DNA of 64,000 bases from Chitinophagales bacterium (lineage in GTDB: Bacteria; Bacteroidota; Bacteroidia; Chitinophagales; JADIYW01), in NCBI GenBank assembly GCA_017984135.1, contig JAGNZZ010000003.1, positions 74,660 to 138,659 of the forward strand, written 5' to 3'. Position 1 is the first letter of the stretch. Each line of letters opens with the position of its first letter. Both the position numbers and the translations under genes were made by a program. Under the pieces are notes generated by a model. It did not search any database, was not told where the DNA came from, and saw only the letters and a program-made list of their open reading frames with translations. Below are positions 18,117 to 28,363 of the stretch, one piece after another.

Positions 18117-19367
18117 TTAGAATGTATATACTGCAGCTAAGCTGAGTGTATTTTGGATTTTAGAACCATTACCTTTTCTATCTAAGAATACATTATTTGA
18201 ACCGAAGTCAATTCTATATTCAGGAATAAATTTCAAACCACCCACTACATTGATTTGAGATGTCAATGTAAAATCAAAGAAATGCTTCGCTGGTCCAGCT
18301 ACATAAGCAGCGGCAGCATCTGGATTATACAAATAACCTATACGCGCTCCAATACTTGCAATATCTTTAATGTCATATTGACCATATAAATACGTTAAAA
18401 AGTATTTATTACGAGTTACTTTATCTGCTTTTAATTCTTTGTATCTATATTGATGATAAGCAACATTCACCCCTAATTTTCCTTTTTTGTTTTTTCCTAA
18501 TTTAATAGAACCGGTTAAATCATACGAGTTTTTATAGTTTTTATACACCATCGCTTCCGTAGAATCATTCACCATATAAGTAGTGGATTCATTTCCGCCT
18601 ACAAAATTCAAGTAAACACCACCATTATCACCTGTATAGCCTACTTGAGCACCTACATATTTATTTCTATCATTATCCGATTTTGTATCTGTGTCATTAA
18701 AGAAGCCAGCTAAAATATTCCATTTTTTAATGGTAAAATTAGCCTTTAAACCAGTATGATAGAATGGTCCATTTTGAAATGCCAATGAGGTAGAATAGTT
18801 AAAGTTATTTTGAGGTTCAATAAGCTCATAACCAAAAAACGTACTAAAATTTCCCAAGGTAAACTCCACCCAATCCGCTGGTGCATAACTAACATATAAT
18901 TGTTTAATTGCGATGATAGAATTGGCATATAATGTATTATTGGCAGTTTCAGCTCTTGGACCAAAGCCCAAATCCGCACAAAAGCCAACTTTTTTAATTT
19001 TCTTTTTCATCGTAATATTAACCATACCTAATTCAAACGAATTTGCTTTTGTAGCAAAGGCTCGATTTAAGACTGCATTTGTTTGTTTTCCATTAAAATT
19101 AGTCTGAACATACACATCAACTGAACCAGACAAATCAAATGGAATTTTTGATTTTACTTTTTCAATTTTAGCATCATACTTTTCTTTAAACGTAAGTTTT
19201 TGCTCTTCCGGTTGCTCTAAAGTATCCACTTTATCCAATCCTAATTGCTTGGTTAATAGTTCAACTTTTTCTTCTAAAGATTTAATTCTTGTGTCATCTT
19301 CATGTGCATAAATGGGCAACACTGATGAGATAATAAAGGACATAAGGAATAAAAGGGATTTTCTCAT
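18117..19367 (-). CDS. Outer-membrane beta-barrel porin with an N-terminal coiled-coil segment
   Basis: Signal peptide, coiled-coil IKSLEEKVELLTKQLG, long alternating beta-strand region and terminal ...LSLAAVYTF (aromatic C-terminus). Divergent from gltBD. The exact porin family is not resolved by eye. Confidence 0.6.
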   Translation of the reverse strand: MRKSLLFLMSFIISSVLPIYAHEDDTRIKSLEEKVELLTKQLGLDKVDTLEQPEEQKLTFKEKYDAKIEKVKSKIPFDLSGSVDVYVQTNFNGKQTNAVLNRAFATKANSFELGMVNITMKKKIKKVGFCADLGFGPRAETANNTLYANSIIAIKQLYVSYAPADWVEFTLGNFSTFFGYELIEPQNNFNYSTSLAFQNGPFYHTGLKANFTIKKWNILAGFFNDTDTKSDNDRNKYVGAQVGYTGDNGGVYLNFVGGNESTTYMVNDSTEAMVYKNYKNSYDLTGSIKLGKNKKGKLGVNVAYHQYRYKELKADKVTRNKYFLTYLYGQYDIKDIASIGARIGYLYNPDAAAAYVAGPAKHFFDFTLTSQINVVGGLKFIPEYRIDFGSNNVFLDRKGNGSKIQNTLSLAAVYTF

Positions 19368-19440
19368 AACAAAATATTTAATTGTGAATAAATTTACTTT
19401 TGCAATTATAAAGATGATTTTTCATAAGATTATTCAAATA

Positions 19441-19462
19441 TTTTTTGATAATTTTTTGATAA
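19441..19462. repeat. Perfect 11-bp tandem duplication in the porin/gltB divergent control region
   Basis: TTTTTTGATAA occurs at 19441-19451 and again at 19452-19462, followed by a partial third copy (TTTTA). Confidence 0.6.
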
Positions 19463-19698
19463 TTTTATTTTTACAAAGACAATTCTGTAAAATAGTTCAC
19501 ATTTTTAATTTTATAATATTAATTGAATTGACACAAACAAAGAGCTTATCACTAAATTGTTAAGTAGTATTCCAATCTTTAAAATTTTCTTAAACGCCTA
19601 AAGGCTAAATAAGAAAAACTTTTTAGCTAATATTATAAATTGGTCTGAAGCATAGTTTTTGGCCTAATTCAGTTTCAATTTAATTTTTAGTAATTTAT

Positions 19699-22600
19699 AT
19701 GAGCGTTACAAACGAATATCAAGGATTATACCTACCACAAACCGAACATGATGCATGCGGAATTGGATTTGTTGCACACTTAAGAGGTGAAAAATCTCAC
19801 AGAATTGTGCAAGATGCATTAACCATGCTTGAAAACATGGAACATCGTGGTGCATGTGGTTGTGAAGAAAACACAGGTGATGGAGCCGGTATTTTAATGC
19901 AAATTCCACATGAATTTTATAAAAAAGAAGCTACATTATTAAAAATTGAATTACCCGATTTAGGAAAATATGGAACTGGTTTTATCTTCTTCCCTCAGAA
20001 TGACGAAGACCGAAAAAAATGCAAAGATTTTATTGCTGATACTGCAAAAAAATTAAACTTCACCGTTTTAGGCTACCGACCTATTACCACCAATAATACA
20101 CCCATAGGACCAACTGCTCAATCGACAGAACCAATCATTGAACAGTTATTTATTAAACCTGAATTTGACTTTAAAGAAGACATAGAATTAGAACGTAAAT
20201 TATATGTATTACGTGCACATACAGTACGTGAAATAAATTATTTATTGGGCGGAAAAGATCATTTCTATTATACCAATCTTTCATGTCACACGGTAATTTA
20301 CAAAGGACAATTAACTACATTTCAGGTTAGACAATATTATCCCGAATTAAGTGATAAAAGCGTTGAATCAGCTTTAGCTATTGTACACTCTCGTTTTTCT
20401 ACTAATACATTTCCACGCTGGCGACTAGCACAACCCTTTCGTTACATTGCGCACAATGGGGAAATCAACACCTTGCAAGGAAATTTAAATTGGATGCGTA
20501 CACGTGAGCATTTATTAGAATGTGATGTGTTTACGAATGAAGAAATAGATCTATTCATGCCCATTTGCTATCGCGACCAATCAGATTCCGCATCCTTAGA
20601 CAATGTCATTGAACTATTATATCTAGCAGGACGTTCGTTACCTCATGCTATCATGATGCTCATTCCGGAAGCATGGCAAGATAACGACCAAATGGAAGAT
20701 TGGAAAAAAGCATTTTATGAATACCATGATTGTCTAATGGAACCATGGGATGGTCCAGCTTCAATCTGCTTCACGGATGGAAAAATAATTGGTGCTACAT
20801 TAGATAGAAATGGACTAAGACCATCACGTTTTGTGGTATATAATGATGGACGTGTTGTTATGTCTTCTGAAGCAGGTGCATTGCCAACAGAAGAAGAAAA
20901 AGTACTTCAAAAAGGAAGATTACAACCCGGAAAAATGTTCATCATCAATATGGAAGAAGGACGCATTATTTCTGATGATGAATTAAAAAAGAAAATATGC
21001 ACCGAACACCCATATAGAGAATGGTTAAATAAACATAAAATCACATTCTCTGATTTACCTAAATCCACCATTAAGGAAGAATTACTTTCTAATGATGAAT
21101 TATTACGCCAACAATTAGCATTTGGATATACTTCTGAAGACATCAAAACAATAATTACACCCATGGCAGAAACAGCCAATGAGCCAATAGGCTCAATGGG
21201 AACCGATACACCATTAGCTGTTTTGTCAGATCAATCACAAAATTTATCCAATTACTTCAAACAATTATTTGCTCAAGTAACCAATCCTCCAATTGACCCA
21301 ATTCGTGAACGCATGGTCATGAGTACATTTGCAACATTAGGTGGAGCTAGTAGTATATTAACAACCACTGAAAATCATTGCAAACAAATTTCAGTAAAAC
21401 AACCTATTCTCTCAAATGTTGATATTGCCAAATTAAGATATATCAATCATCCTGATTTTAAAGTAATCACTATCCAAACTTTATTTAATGCAAATGGAAA
21501 AAAAGGTGCACTAGAAAGAGGAATTGATAGAATTTGTAAAGAAGCAGAAATAGCAGTTGCCAATGGAAATAATATTATTATCATTTCTGACAAAGGAGTA
21601 AATAAAGATTTTGCACCAATTCCATCTTTATTAGCAACAGGTGCTATTCACCATCATTTAGTACGCACTAAAACACGTATCGACTGTTCAATAATTGTTG
21701 AAAGTGGTGACATTCGTGAAGTACATCAAATTGCTACACATATTGGTTATGGTGCAACTGCCATTAATCCATATTTAGCATTCCAAACAATATATGACTT
21801 AAATAAAGATAAGCTAAAACACTTAGGAAAATCCAATGATAAATTAGTTGAAAATTTTACCAAAGCTGCCAGTAAGGGTTTATTAAAAGTATTCTCTAAA
21901 ATGGGAATCTCCACACATCAATCTTACCATGGATCACAAATTTTTGAGATTGTTGGCTTAGGTAAAAATGTAGTTGATAAATGTTTTGCAGGTTCCATTT
22001 CACGTTTAGATGGAATTGGATTTGATGAAATCGCTCAAGAAGTATTAATTAGACATATATTAGCATTTCCGGAATCGGAATACAATACGCAACGATTAGA
22101 AGTTGGAGGACAATACCAATGGAAACGACGTGGAGAAACGCACATGTTTAATCCAGATACGATTCATTTATTACAACATTCTACAAAGAAAAATGATTAT
22201 AACATCTATAAACAATATGCCGAAAAAATTAATAATCAAGCTCAAAAAGCTATTACCTTACGAGGTTTATTAGAATTTGATTTTTCAAATGTAACACCAA
22301 TTAACATTGATGAAGTTGAACCTGCAGAAAATATATTAAAACGATTTGCAACTGGAGCAATGTCTTTCGGATCTATTTCACATGAGGCACATTCAACTTT
22401 GGCTATTGCCATGAATAGAATAGGTGGAAAATCCAATTCGGGAGAAGGTGGTGAAGATGAATTACGTTTTGAGAAAAAAGAAAATGGCGATTGGGAACGA
22501 TCCGCTATAAAACAAGTAGCATCCGGTCGATTTGGTGTAACTTCATATTATTTAGCCAATGCCGATGAATTACAAATAAAATTAGCTCAAGGAGCAAAAC

Positions 22601-24231
22601 CTGGCGAAGGCGGACAATTACCAGGACACAAAGTAGATGAATGGATTGGACGTGTACGTCATTCTACTCCAGGTGTTGGATTAATATCACCTCCACCTCA
22701 TCATGATATTTACTCAATCGAAGATTTAGCTCAATTAATTTTTGATTTAAAAAATGCAAATCCTAATGCTCGCATAAATACGAAATTGGTAGCAGAAGCC
22801 GGTGTTGGAACCGTAGCTGCCGGTGTTGCTAAAGCAAAATCGGATGTAATTCTTATTTCAGGTTATGATGGTGGAACAGGTGCATCTCCAATCTCATCAA
22901 TCAAACACGCAGGTTTACCTTGGGAATTAGGATTAGCAGAAGCACATCAAACTTTGGTAAAAAATAATTTACGAAGCAGAGTAATTTTACAAACAGATGG
23001 CATGCTACGTACCGGAAAAGACATCGCGGTAGCTACTTTATTGGGTGCAGAAGAATGGGGAATTGCAACGGCCGCGTTGGTAGTAGAAGGTTGTATCATG
23101 ATGCGTAAATGCCATTTAAATACTTGTCCTGTAGGTATCGCTACTCAAGATCCTATCTTGCGCTCACGTTTTACAGGCGACCCTCAACATGTCATTAACT
23201 TCTTCCATTTTATAGTGCAAGATTTAAGAGAAATAATGGCACAATTAGGTTTTAGAACAATAAACGAAATGGTCGGTCAAACACAAATCTTAAAACGCAG
23301 AAATAATATTGACCACTGGAAATATAAACACTTAGACTTATCTCCAATCATCTTTAAAGAAGCTGCAAAAGCAGAGGTTGGTTTATATAAACAAATGCGT
23401 CAGGCTCACCCAACCGATGATTCTATTCTAGACAAAAAATTAGTTGAATCGGCTAAATCCTCTCTGGAGAACATGTCAATAACAAACGCTCAATTTAATA
23501 TTATCAATACAGACAGAACCGTTGGCGCATTATTGAGTTATGAAATTTCATCAAAATACAAAAAAGAAGGTTTGCCGGAAGATACGATTCAAATTAAATT
23601 CATAGGAAGCGCCGGACAAAGTTTTGGTGCATTTGGCGCTAATGGGATTAAATTTGAATTAGAAGGCGAAGCCAATGATTATTTTGGGAAAGGGCTTTCT
23701 GGCGGAAAATTAATCGTGTATCCATCACAACATGCCACCTTTAAACCAAGTGAAAATATCATTATTGGTAACGTGGCATTTTACGGAGCAACTAGTGGTG
23801 AATCTTACATAAATGGAATGGCAGGTGAACGTTTCTGTGTACGAAATTCTGGCGCAAAAACAGTGGTCGAAGGCGTGGGTGACCATGGATGCGAATACAT
23901 GACTGGTGGATTAGCCATTATCTTAGGCAAAACCGGCAGAAACTTTGCTGCTGGAATGAGCGGTGGAATTGCGTATGTGTATGATACCGATAAAACATTT
24001 GCAAAAAATGTAAATATGGAAATGGTAGAATTTGAGCAATTAGAAAATGAAGATTTAGAAACGCTTAAATTCTATATCGAAAGACATTATAATTATACCA
24101 ATAGCAACGTAGCAAAAAACATATTAGAAAATTGGGAGGAAACAATTCATTGCTTTGTAAAAGTAATGCCATCCGATTACAAAAATGTTTTAATGTCAAA
24201 AAAAGCAGATGCTGAAAGTATCAATGCTTAG
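19699..24231 (+). CDS. gltB: Glutamate synthase (GOGAT) large subunit
   Basis: 1,510 aa. Ntn-amidotransferase Cys in HDACGIGFVAHL, an FMN/Fe-S central domain (GEGGEDE..., ISPPPHHDIYSIEDL), and the C-terminal GXGXG beta-helix domain. Confidence 0.97.
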   Translation: MSVTNEYQGLYLPQTEHDACGIGFVAHLRGEKSHRIVQDALTMLENMEHRGACGCEENTGDGAGILMQIPHEFYKKEATLLKIELPDLGKYGTGFIFFPQNDEDRKKCKDFIADTAKKLNFTVLGYRPITTNNTPIGPTAQSTEPIIEQLFIKPEFDFKEDIELERKLYVLRAHTVREINYLLGGKDHFYYTNLSCHTVIYKGQLTTFQVRQYYPELSDKSVESALAIVHSRFSTNTFPRWRLAQPFRYIAHNGEINTLQGNLNWMRTREHLLECDVFTNEEIDLFMPICYRDQSDSASLDNVIELLYLAGRSLPHAIMMLIPEAWQDNDQMEDWKKAFYEYHDCLMEPWDGPASICFTDGKIIGATLDRNGLRPSRFVVYNDGRVVMSSEAGALPTEEEKVLQKGRLQPGKMFIINMEEGRIISDDELKKKICTEHPYREWLNKHKITFSDLPKSTIKEELLSNDELLRQQLAFGYTSEDIKTIITPMAETANEPIGSMGTDTPLAVLSDQSQNLSNYFKQLFAQVTNPPIDPIRERMVMSTFATLGGASSILTTTENHCKQISVKQPILSNVDIAKLRYINHPDFKVITIQTLFNANGKKGALERGIDRICKEAEIAVANGNNIIIISDKGVNKDFAPIPSLLATGAIHHHLVRTKTRIDCSIIVESGDIREVHQIATHIGYGATAINPYLAFQTIYDLNKDKLKHLGKSNDKLVENFTKAASKGLLKVFSKMGISTHQSYHGSQIFEIVGLGKNVVDKCFAGSISRLDGIGFDEIAQEVLIRHILAFPESEYNTQRLEVGGQYQWKRRGETHMFNPDTIHLLQHSTKKNDYNIYKQYAEKINNQAQKAITLRGLLEFDFSNVTPINIDEVEPAENILKRFATGAMSFGSISHEAHSTLAIAMNRIGGKSNSGEGGEDELRFEKKENGDWERSAIKQVASGRFGVTSYYLANADELQIKLAQGAKPGEGGQLPGHKVDEWIGRVRHSTPGVGLISPPPHHDIYSIEDLAQLIFDLKNANPNARINTKLVAEAGVGTVAAGVAKAKSDVILISGYDGGTGASPISSIKHAGLPWELGLAEAHQTLVKNNLRSRVILQTDGMLRTGKDIAVATLLGAEEWGIATAALVVEGCIMMRKCHLNTCPVGIATQDPILRSRFTGDPQHVINFFHFIVQDLREIMAQLGFRTINEMVGQTQILKRRNNIDHWKYKHLDLSPIIFKEAAKAEVGLYKQMRQAHPTDDSILDKKLVESAKSSLENMSITNAQFNIINTDRTVGALLSYEISSKYKKEGLPEDTIQIKFIGSAGQSFGAFGANGIKFELEGEANDYFGKGLSGGKLIVYPSQHATFKPSENIIIGNVAFYGATSGESYINGMAGERFCVRNSGAKTVVEGVGDHGCEYMTGGLAIILGKTGRNFAAGMSGGIAYVYDTDKTFAKNVNMEMVEFEQLENEDLETLKFYIERHYNYTNSNVAKNILENWEETIHCFVKVMPSDYKNVLMSKKADAESINA

Positions 24232-24269
24232 CAAAAAAAAATTAATGTATTAAAATTGACAAAAAATAA

Positions 24270-25757
24270 ATGGGAAAAATAACAGGATTTTTAGAGTTTA
24301 CAAGAGAATTACCAAAATACAGAAGCGTAGAAGAGCGACTGAAAGATTATAAAGAAATTCCTACTGTATTCGCAGAAGAAAAAACAAATAATCAAGCCGC
24401 TCGATGCATGGATTGTGGTGTTCCTTTTTGTCATAATGGCTGTCCATTAGGAAATATAATTCCGGAATTTAATGATGCTGTATATAATAATGACTGGAAA
24501 TTAGCAGCAGAGATATTATTGTCAACTAATAATTTCCCTGAATACACGGGTAGAATTTGCCCTGCACCTTGTGAAACGGCTTGTGTTTTAGGCATTAATC
24601 AACCACCAGTTGCTATAGAACATATTGAAAAAACAATTATTGAAAAAGCATTTGAATTAAATTTAATTCAACCGATAAAACCAAATCTTAGAAGTGGTAA
24701 AAACGTAGCCGTTGTTGGCTCAGGACCAGCAGGAATGGCCGCAGCCGCTCAATTAAACAAAGCTGGACATACCGTGACCGTCTTTGAACGTGCCGATAGA
24801 ATTGGTGGACTATTACGGTATGGAATTCCCGATTTTAAATTAGAAAAAACAGTAATTGATCGTCGTATAAGTTTGATGAAGGAAGAAGGTATCATCTTCA
24901 AAACCAATACAAACGTAGGCATTGACATAAAAATAGAGGAATTAAGAAATAATTTTGATGCTATAATTTTGACTGGCGGTTCTACTGTTCCAAGAGATTT
25001 ACCAATTAAAGGAAGAAACTTAAACGGTATTTATCCTGCAATGGAATTTTTATCTCAACAAAACAAGCGCGTTTCAGAAATTGCTACGGAAGTAGATCAT
25101 CGTGGTGTAAAATATGAAAATGGCGACATATTGGCTACAGATAAAAATGTTTTAGTAATTGGTGGCGGCGATACTGGTTCTGACTGCGTAGGCACATCAA
25201 ATCGTCATCAAGCCAAATCTATTACACAAATTGAATTGCTAGGAAAACCTCCTTTAGAAAGAGCTGAAAGTACTCCTTGGCCTAATTGGCCAATGATGTT
25301 ACGCACCTCAAGTTCTCACGAAGAAGGTTGCGAACGACAATGGTCAATTTTAACCAAAGAATTTATTGGCAATGAAAAGGAGGAACTAATCGGTTTAAAA
25401 ATTGTTGAAATTGAATGGAAAACTATTGATGGAAAAGCTCAAATGGTAGAAGTAGAAGGTTCTGAACGTGTATTGCCTTGCGAATTAGTATTATTAGCAA
25501 TGGGATTTGTACATCCACAACATGATGGATTATTAAAAGAATTAAACGTAGAATTAGACGAGCGTGGAAACGTAAAAGCCAACAATTACAAAACAAACGT
25601 AGATAAAGTATTCACGGCAGGTGATATAAGAAGAGGGCAAAGTTTAGTAGTTTGGGCAATATCTGAAGGAAGAGAATGCGCCAGAGAAGTAGATACCTTT
25701 TTAATGGGCGAAAGCCAATTAGAAGCAAAAGACAAAGGTGTTTTACAAGTGAATTAA
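24270..25757 (+). CDS. gltD: Glutamate synthase small subunit (NADPH-dependent)
   Basis: Fe-S Cys clusters (CMDCGVPFCHNGCP, CPAPCETAC), dinucleotide motifs VVGSGPAGMAAA and VIGGGDTGSDC. It starts 38 nt after gltB. Confidence 0.95.
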   Translation: MGKITGFLEFTRELPKYRSVEERLKDYKEIPTVFAEEKTNNQAARCMDCGVPFCHNGCPLGNIIPEFNDAVYNNDWKLAAEILLSTNNFPEYTGRICPAPCETACVLGINQPPVAIEHIEKTIIEKAFELNLIQPIKPNLRSGKNVAVVGSGPAGMAAAAQLNKAGHTVTVFERADRIGGLLRYGIPDFKLEKTVIDRRISLMKEEGIIFKTNTNVGIDIKIEELRNNFDAIILTGGSTVPRDLPIKGRNLNGIYPAMEFLSQQNKRVSEIATEVDHRGVKYENGDILATDKNVLVIGGGDTGSDCVGTSNRHQAKSITQIELLGKPPLERAESTPWPNWPMMLRTSSSHEEGCERQWSILTKEFIGNEKEELIGLKIVEIEWKTIDGKAQMVEVEGSERVLPCELVLLAMGFVHPQHDGLLKELNVELDERGNVKANNYKTNVDKVFTAGDIRRGQSLVVWAISEGRECAREVDTFLMGESQLEAKDKGVLQVN

Positions 25758-25850
25758 CATAGTTTCATAAGCTATAAAACAAAAAAAATCTTATCTTAGC
25801 ACATATATTATAACTGCTATTTTTGCGCTTGCTGTTTTGCATATAGTAGT

Positions 25851-25885
25851 ATTCCCGAACCAATTGGTTCGGGAATTTTTATTTT
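25851..25885 (+). terminator. Rho-independent terminator of gltBD
   Basis: Perfect 26-nt palindrome ATTCCCGAACCAATTGGTTCGGGAAT (25851-25876) followed by TTTTATTTT. Confidence 0.8.
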
Positions 25886-25992
25886 AAAAACACCAATATC
25901 TTGATTCTTGTCAAAAATTTAATTTTTAACAAGCTTAGTATTGACAATTTGCAAAAAATAACTTAATATTGAAGTAACATAATTACCCTTTT

Positions 25993-26589
25993 ATGAAAAC
26001 CTTACTTAACATTGCAATACTATTGCTGTGTGTCACACAAAGTAGTTATTCTCAAAATATCAGTATTTCTGACTTTCTATCTCTTAGAATTAATAACAAT
26101 ATTGCTATCGAAACACTGTTAACTAAACAAGATTTTAGTTTATACGATGAGTTTGAATTAGGAAATGGAAGAACACACATCACTTACCAAAGTAACCATC
26201 CGAATACTTCCGATTTGCAATGGATAGATTTTGTCTACGAAGCAAATGGTCAATGGAATAATCGAGTATCATTTCAAACACAAGAAATTGAACAAGTAAA
26301 AAATTACCTTACTGAATTAAAAAAATTAGGATTTTATTTCAACAATAAAAAAATTGTAGATAGACAAATTTTTGAAGTTTATACCAATGGCATCAATACG
26401 GTGGAATTAATTACATCACAAAGTAAAAATGCCTACCAGTATGATAATACAATGTATTTTAATTTCGCAATTTATAATGCATCTGAATATAGTTATTCAT
26501 TTGCTAATGAAAATAAAAAATACAGTGTGCCTCAGGTTGAAATAACAGATTTATATGCCAGCTTAGTAAATTTACCTATCGGGAAATAA
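25993..26589 (+). CDS. Hypothetical secreted protein, 198 aa
   Basis: Signal peptide (LLCVTQSSYSQ) and a clean ORF. No family recognised. Confidence 0.5.
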   Translation: MKTLLNIAILLLCVTQSSYSQNISISDFLSLRINNNIAIETLLTKQDFSLYDEFELGNGRTHITYQSNHPNTSDLQWIDFVYEANGQWNNRVSFQTQEIEQVKNYLTELKKLGFYFNNKKIVDRQIFEVYTNGINTVELITSQSKNAYQYDNTMYFNFAIYNASEYSYSFANENKKYSVPQVEITDLYASLVNLPIGK

Positions 26590-26687
26590 TTGCTACGATT
26601 AGAAAGTTAAGTACTATAAAAAGTAGCTTCATTTTGGTATAATTAATTTTATCTTTACCTACCTTTTAGCAATAAATCTGCTACAGC

Positions 26688-28274
26688 ATGATAAAGAATA
26701 TATCTCTCGAACTTCCACCAGAAGTAGCTTTTGATGAAATTACATTTCATCTTTATATTCAACAATATTTACAACTTAATAATGTACAATCTTTCCATGT
26801 CCAACTATTAAAACGAAGTATTGATGCACGTTCTCGCACAATAAAAGTAAATATTCAAGCAACTATTTATATAGATGAACTACCTCAGAATATATTTGAA
26901 TTTAATCCCATTTATAAAAATGTTTCCCATGCACAACAGGTAATTATAGTAGGTGCTGGACCAGCTGGATTATTTGCTGCATTGAGATTAATTGAACTAG
27001 GCTTAAAACCAATTATTCTTGAAAGAGGAAAGGACGTTCAAGAACGCAGAAGAGATTTAGCAAATATCAATAAAAAAAACATAGTCAATGAAAACTCTAA
27101 TTATTGCTTTGGTGAAGGTGGAGCTGGAACTTACAGTGACGGAAAACTATATACTCGTTCTAAAAAAAGAGGTGACATAAAACGCATACTCGAAATTATG
27201 GTGCAGCACGGTGCACCAGAAAATATATTATTTGAAGCACACCCACATATTGGCACCAATAAACTACCTAAACTTATTCAAGCCATCAGAAATACCATAA
27301 TTAAATATGGTGGCGAAATTCATTTCAATACTAAAGTCATTGATTTTATCCATCAAAAAAATGAAACAAAAGGCGTTGTAAGTATTGCAACGGAAGACGT
27401 TACACAAAAAATAAAAGAGCATTTAGGAATTTCCGTTTTACTCGCCACCGGTCATTCTGCTCGTGATATTTTTAGTTTATTACAATCAAAAAATATTCAA
27501 ATTGAAAATAAGCCGTTTGCTTTAGGAGTTCGAGTAGAACATCCACAACAATTCATTAATTCAATACAATACCATAACAATGCCTCTCATTTATTGCCGA
27601 GTGCAGCATATAATTTAGTCGCACAAATAGCACTAAAAACAGAGCAAAAAGCTATTTTTTCATTTTGTATGTGTCCAGGTGGCTTTATCGTTCCGGCAGC
27701 CACTTCGCAAAATGAAATAGTAGTCAATGGTATGTCACCATCAAAAAGAGATTCCCTTTATGCCAATTCTGGCATCGTTGTTGCAGTTGATGAAAATGAT
27801 TGGAAACCTCATAAAGAATATGGCAATTTAGCTGCTCTAGAATTTCAGAAAAACATTGAACATCAAGCCTGGCAACAAGCAGGAAAAACACAAGCAGCAC
27901 CCGCACAACGTTTATTGGATTTTGTGAAAGACAAAGCATCTTTCGAATTAAATGAAACATCCTACCAACCAGGATTAGTGGCAACTGACATGAACACATT
28001 ATTTCCAGATAATATTGCTTATACACTCAAAGAAGGCTTTAAAATATTTGGAAATAAAATGAAAAATTATGTAAGTAATAACGCTCAAATTTTAGGCATT
28101 GAAAGCAGAACTTCCTCACCCGTTAAGATTCCAAGAGACAAAGAAACACTAGAACATATTACAATGAAACGGTTATTTCCATGTGCAGAAGGAGCTGGAT
28201 ATGCCGGTGGCATTATGAGTGCAGCTATAGATGGAGAACGATGTGCTGAAGCAATTGCCAAAAAATACGCTTAA
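26688..28274 (+). CDS. FAD-dependent oxidoreductase (COG2509-type NAD(FAD)-utilising dehydrogenase)
   Basis: Motifs VIIVGAGPAGLFAAL and GEGGAGTYSDGKLYTRSKKRG, with C-terminal CAEGAGYAGGIMSAAIDG. Confidence 0.8.
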   Translation: MIKNISLELPPEVAFDEITFHLYIQQYLQLNNVQSFHVQLLKRSIDARSRTIKVNIQATIYIDELPQNIFEFNPIYKNVSHAQQVIIVGAGPAGLFAALRLIELGLKPIILERGKDVQERRRDLANINKKNIVNENSNYCFGEGGAGTYSDGKLYTRSKKRGDIKRILEIMVQHGAPENILFEAHPHIGTNKLPKLIQAIRNTIIKYGGEIHFNTKVIDFIHQKNETKGVVSIATEDVTQKIKEHLGISVLLATGHSARDIFSLLQSKNIQIENKPFALGVRVEHPQQFINSIQYHNNASHLLPSAAYNLVAQIALKTEQKAIFSFCMCPGGFIVPAATSQNEIVVNGMSPSKRDSLYANSGIVVAVDENDWKPHKEYGNLAALEFQKNIEHQAWQQAGKTQAAPAQRLLDFVKDKASFELNETSYQPGLVATDMNTLFPDNIAYTLKEGFKIFGNKMKNYVSNNAQILGIESRTSSPVKIPRDKETLEHITMKRLFPCAEGAGYAGGIMSAAIDGERCAEAIAKKYA

Positions 28275-28363
28275 TTGTTAATTTTAAAAAATAATTATTA
28301 AAAACACTAAATTATTTGATATTTAGCAAATACCAATAAATGGTGAATCATTATATTAGCAAA

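Noticed and set aside
19312-19563. 83-aa plus-strand ORF in the porin/gltB intergenic region
   Set aside because: It overlaps the porin start, is extremely Ile/Phe/Lys-rich as AT-rich non-coding DNA would give, and contains the 11-bp tandem repeat. It was treated as regulatory DNA.
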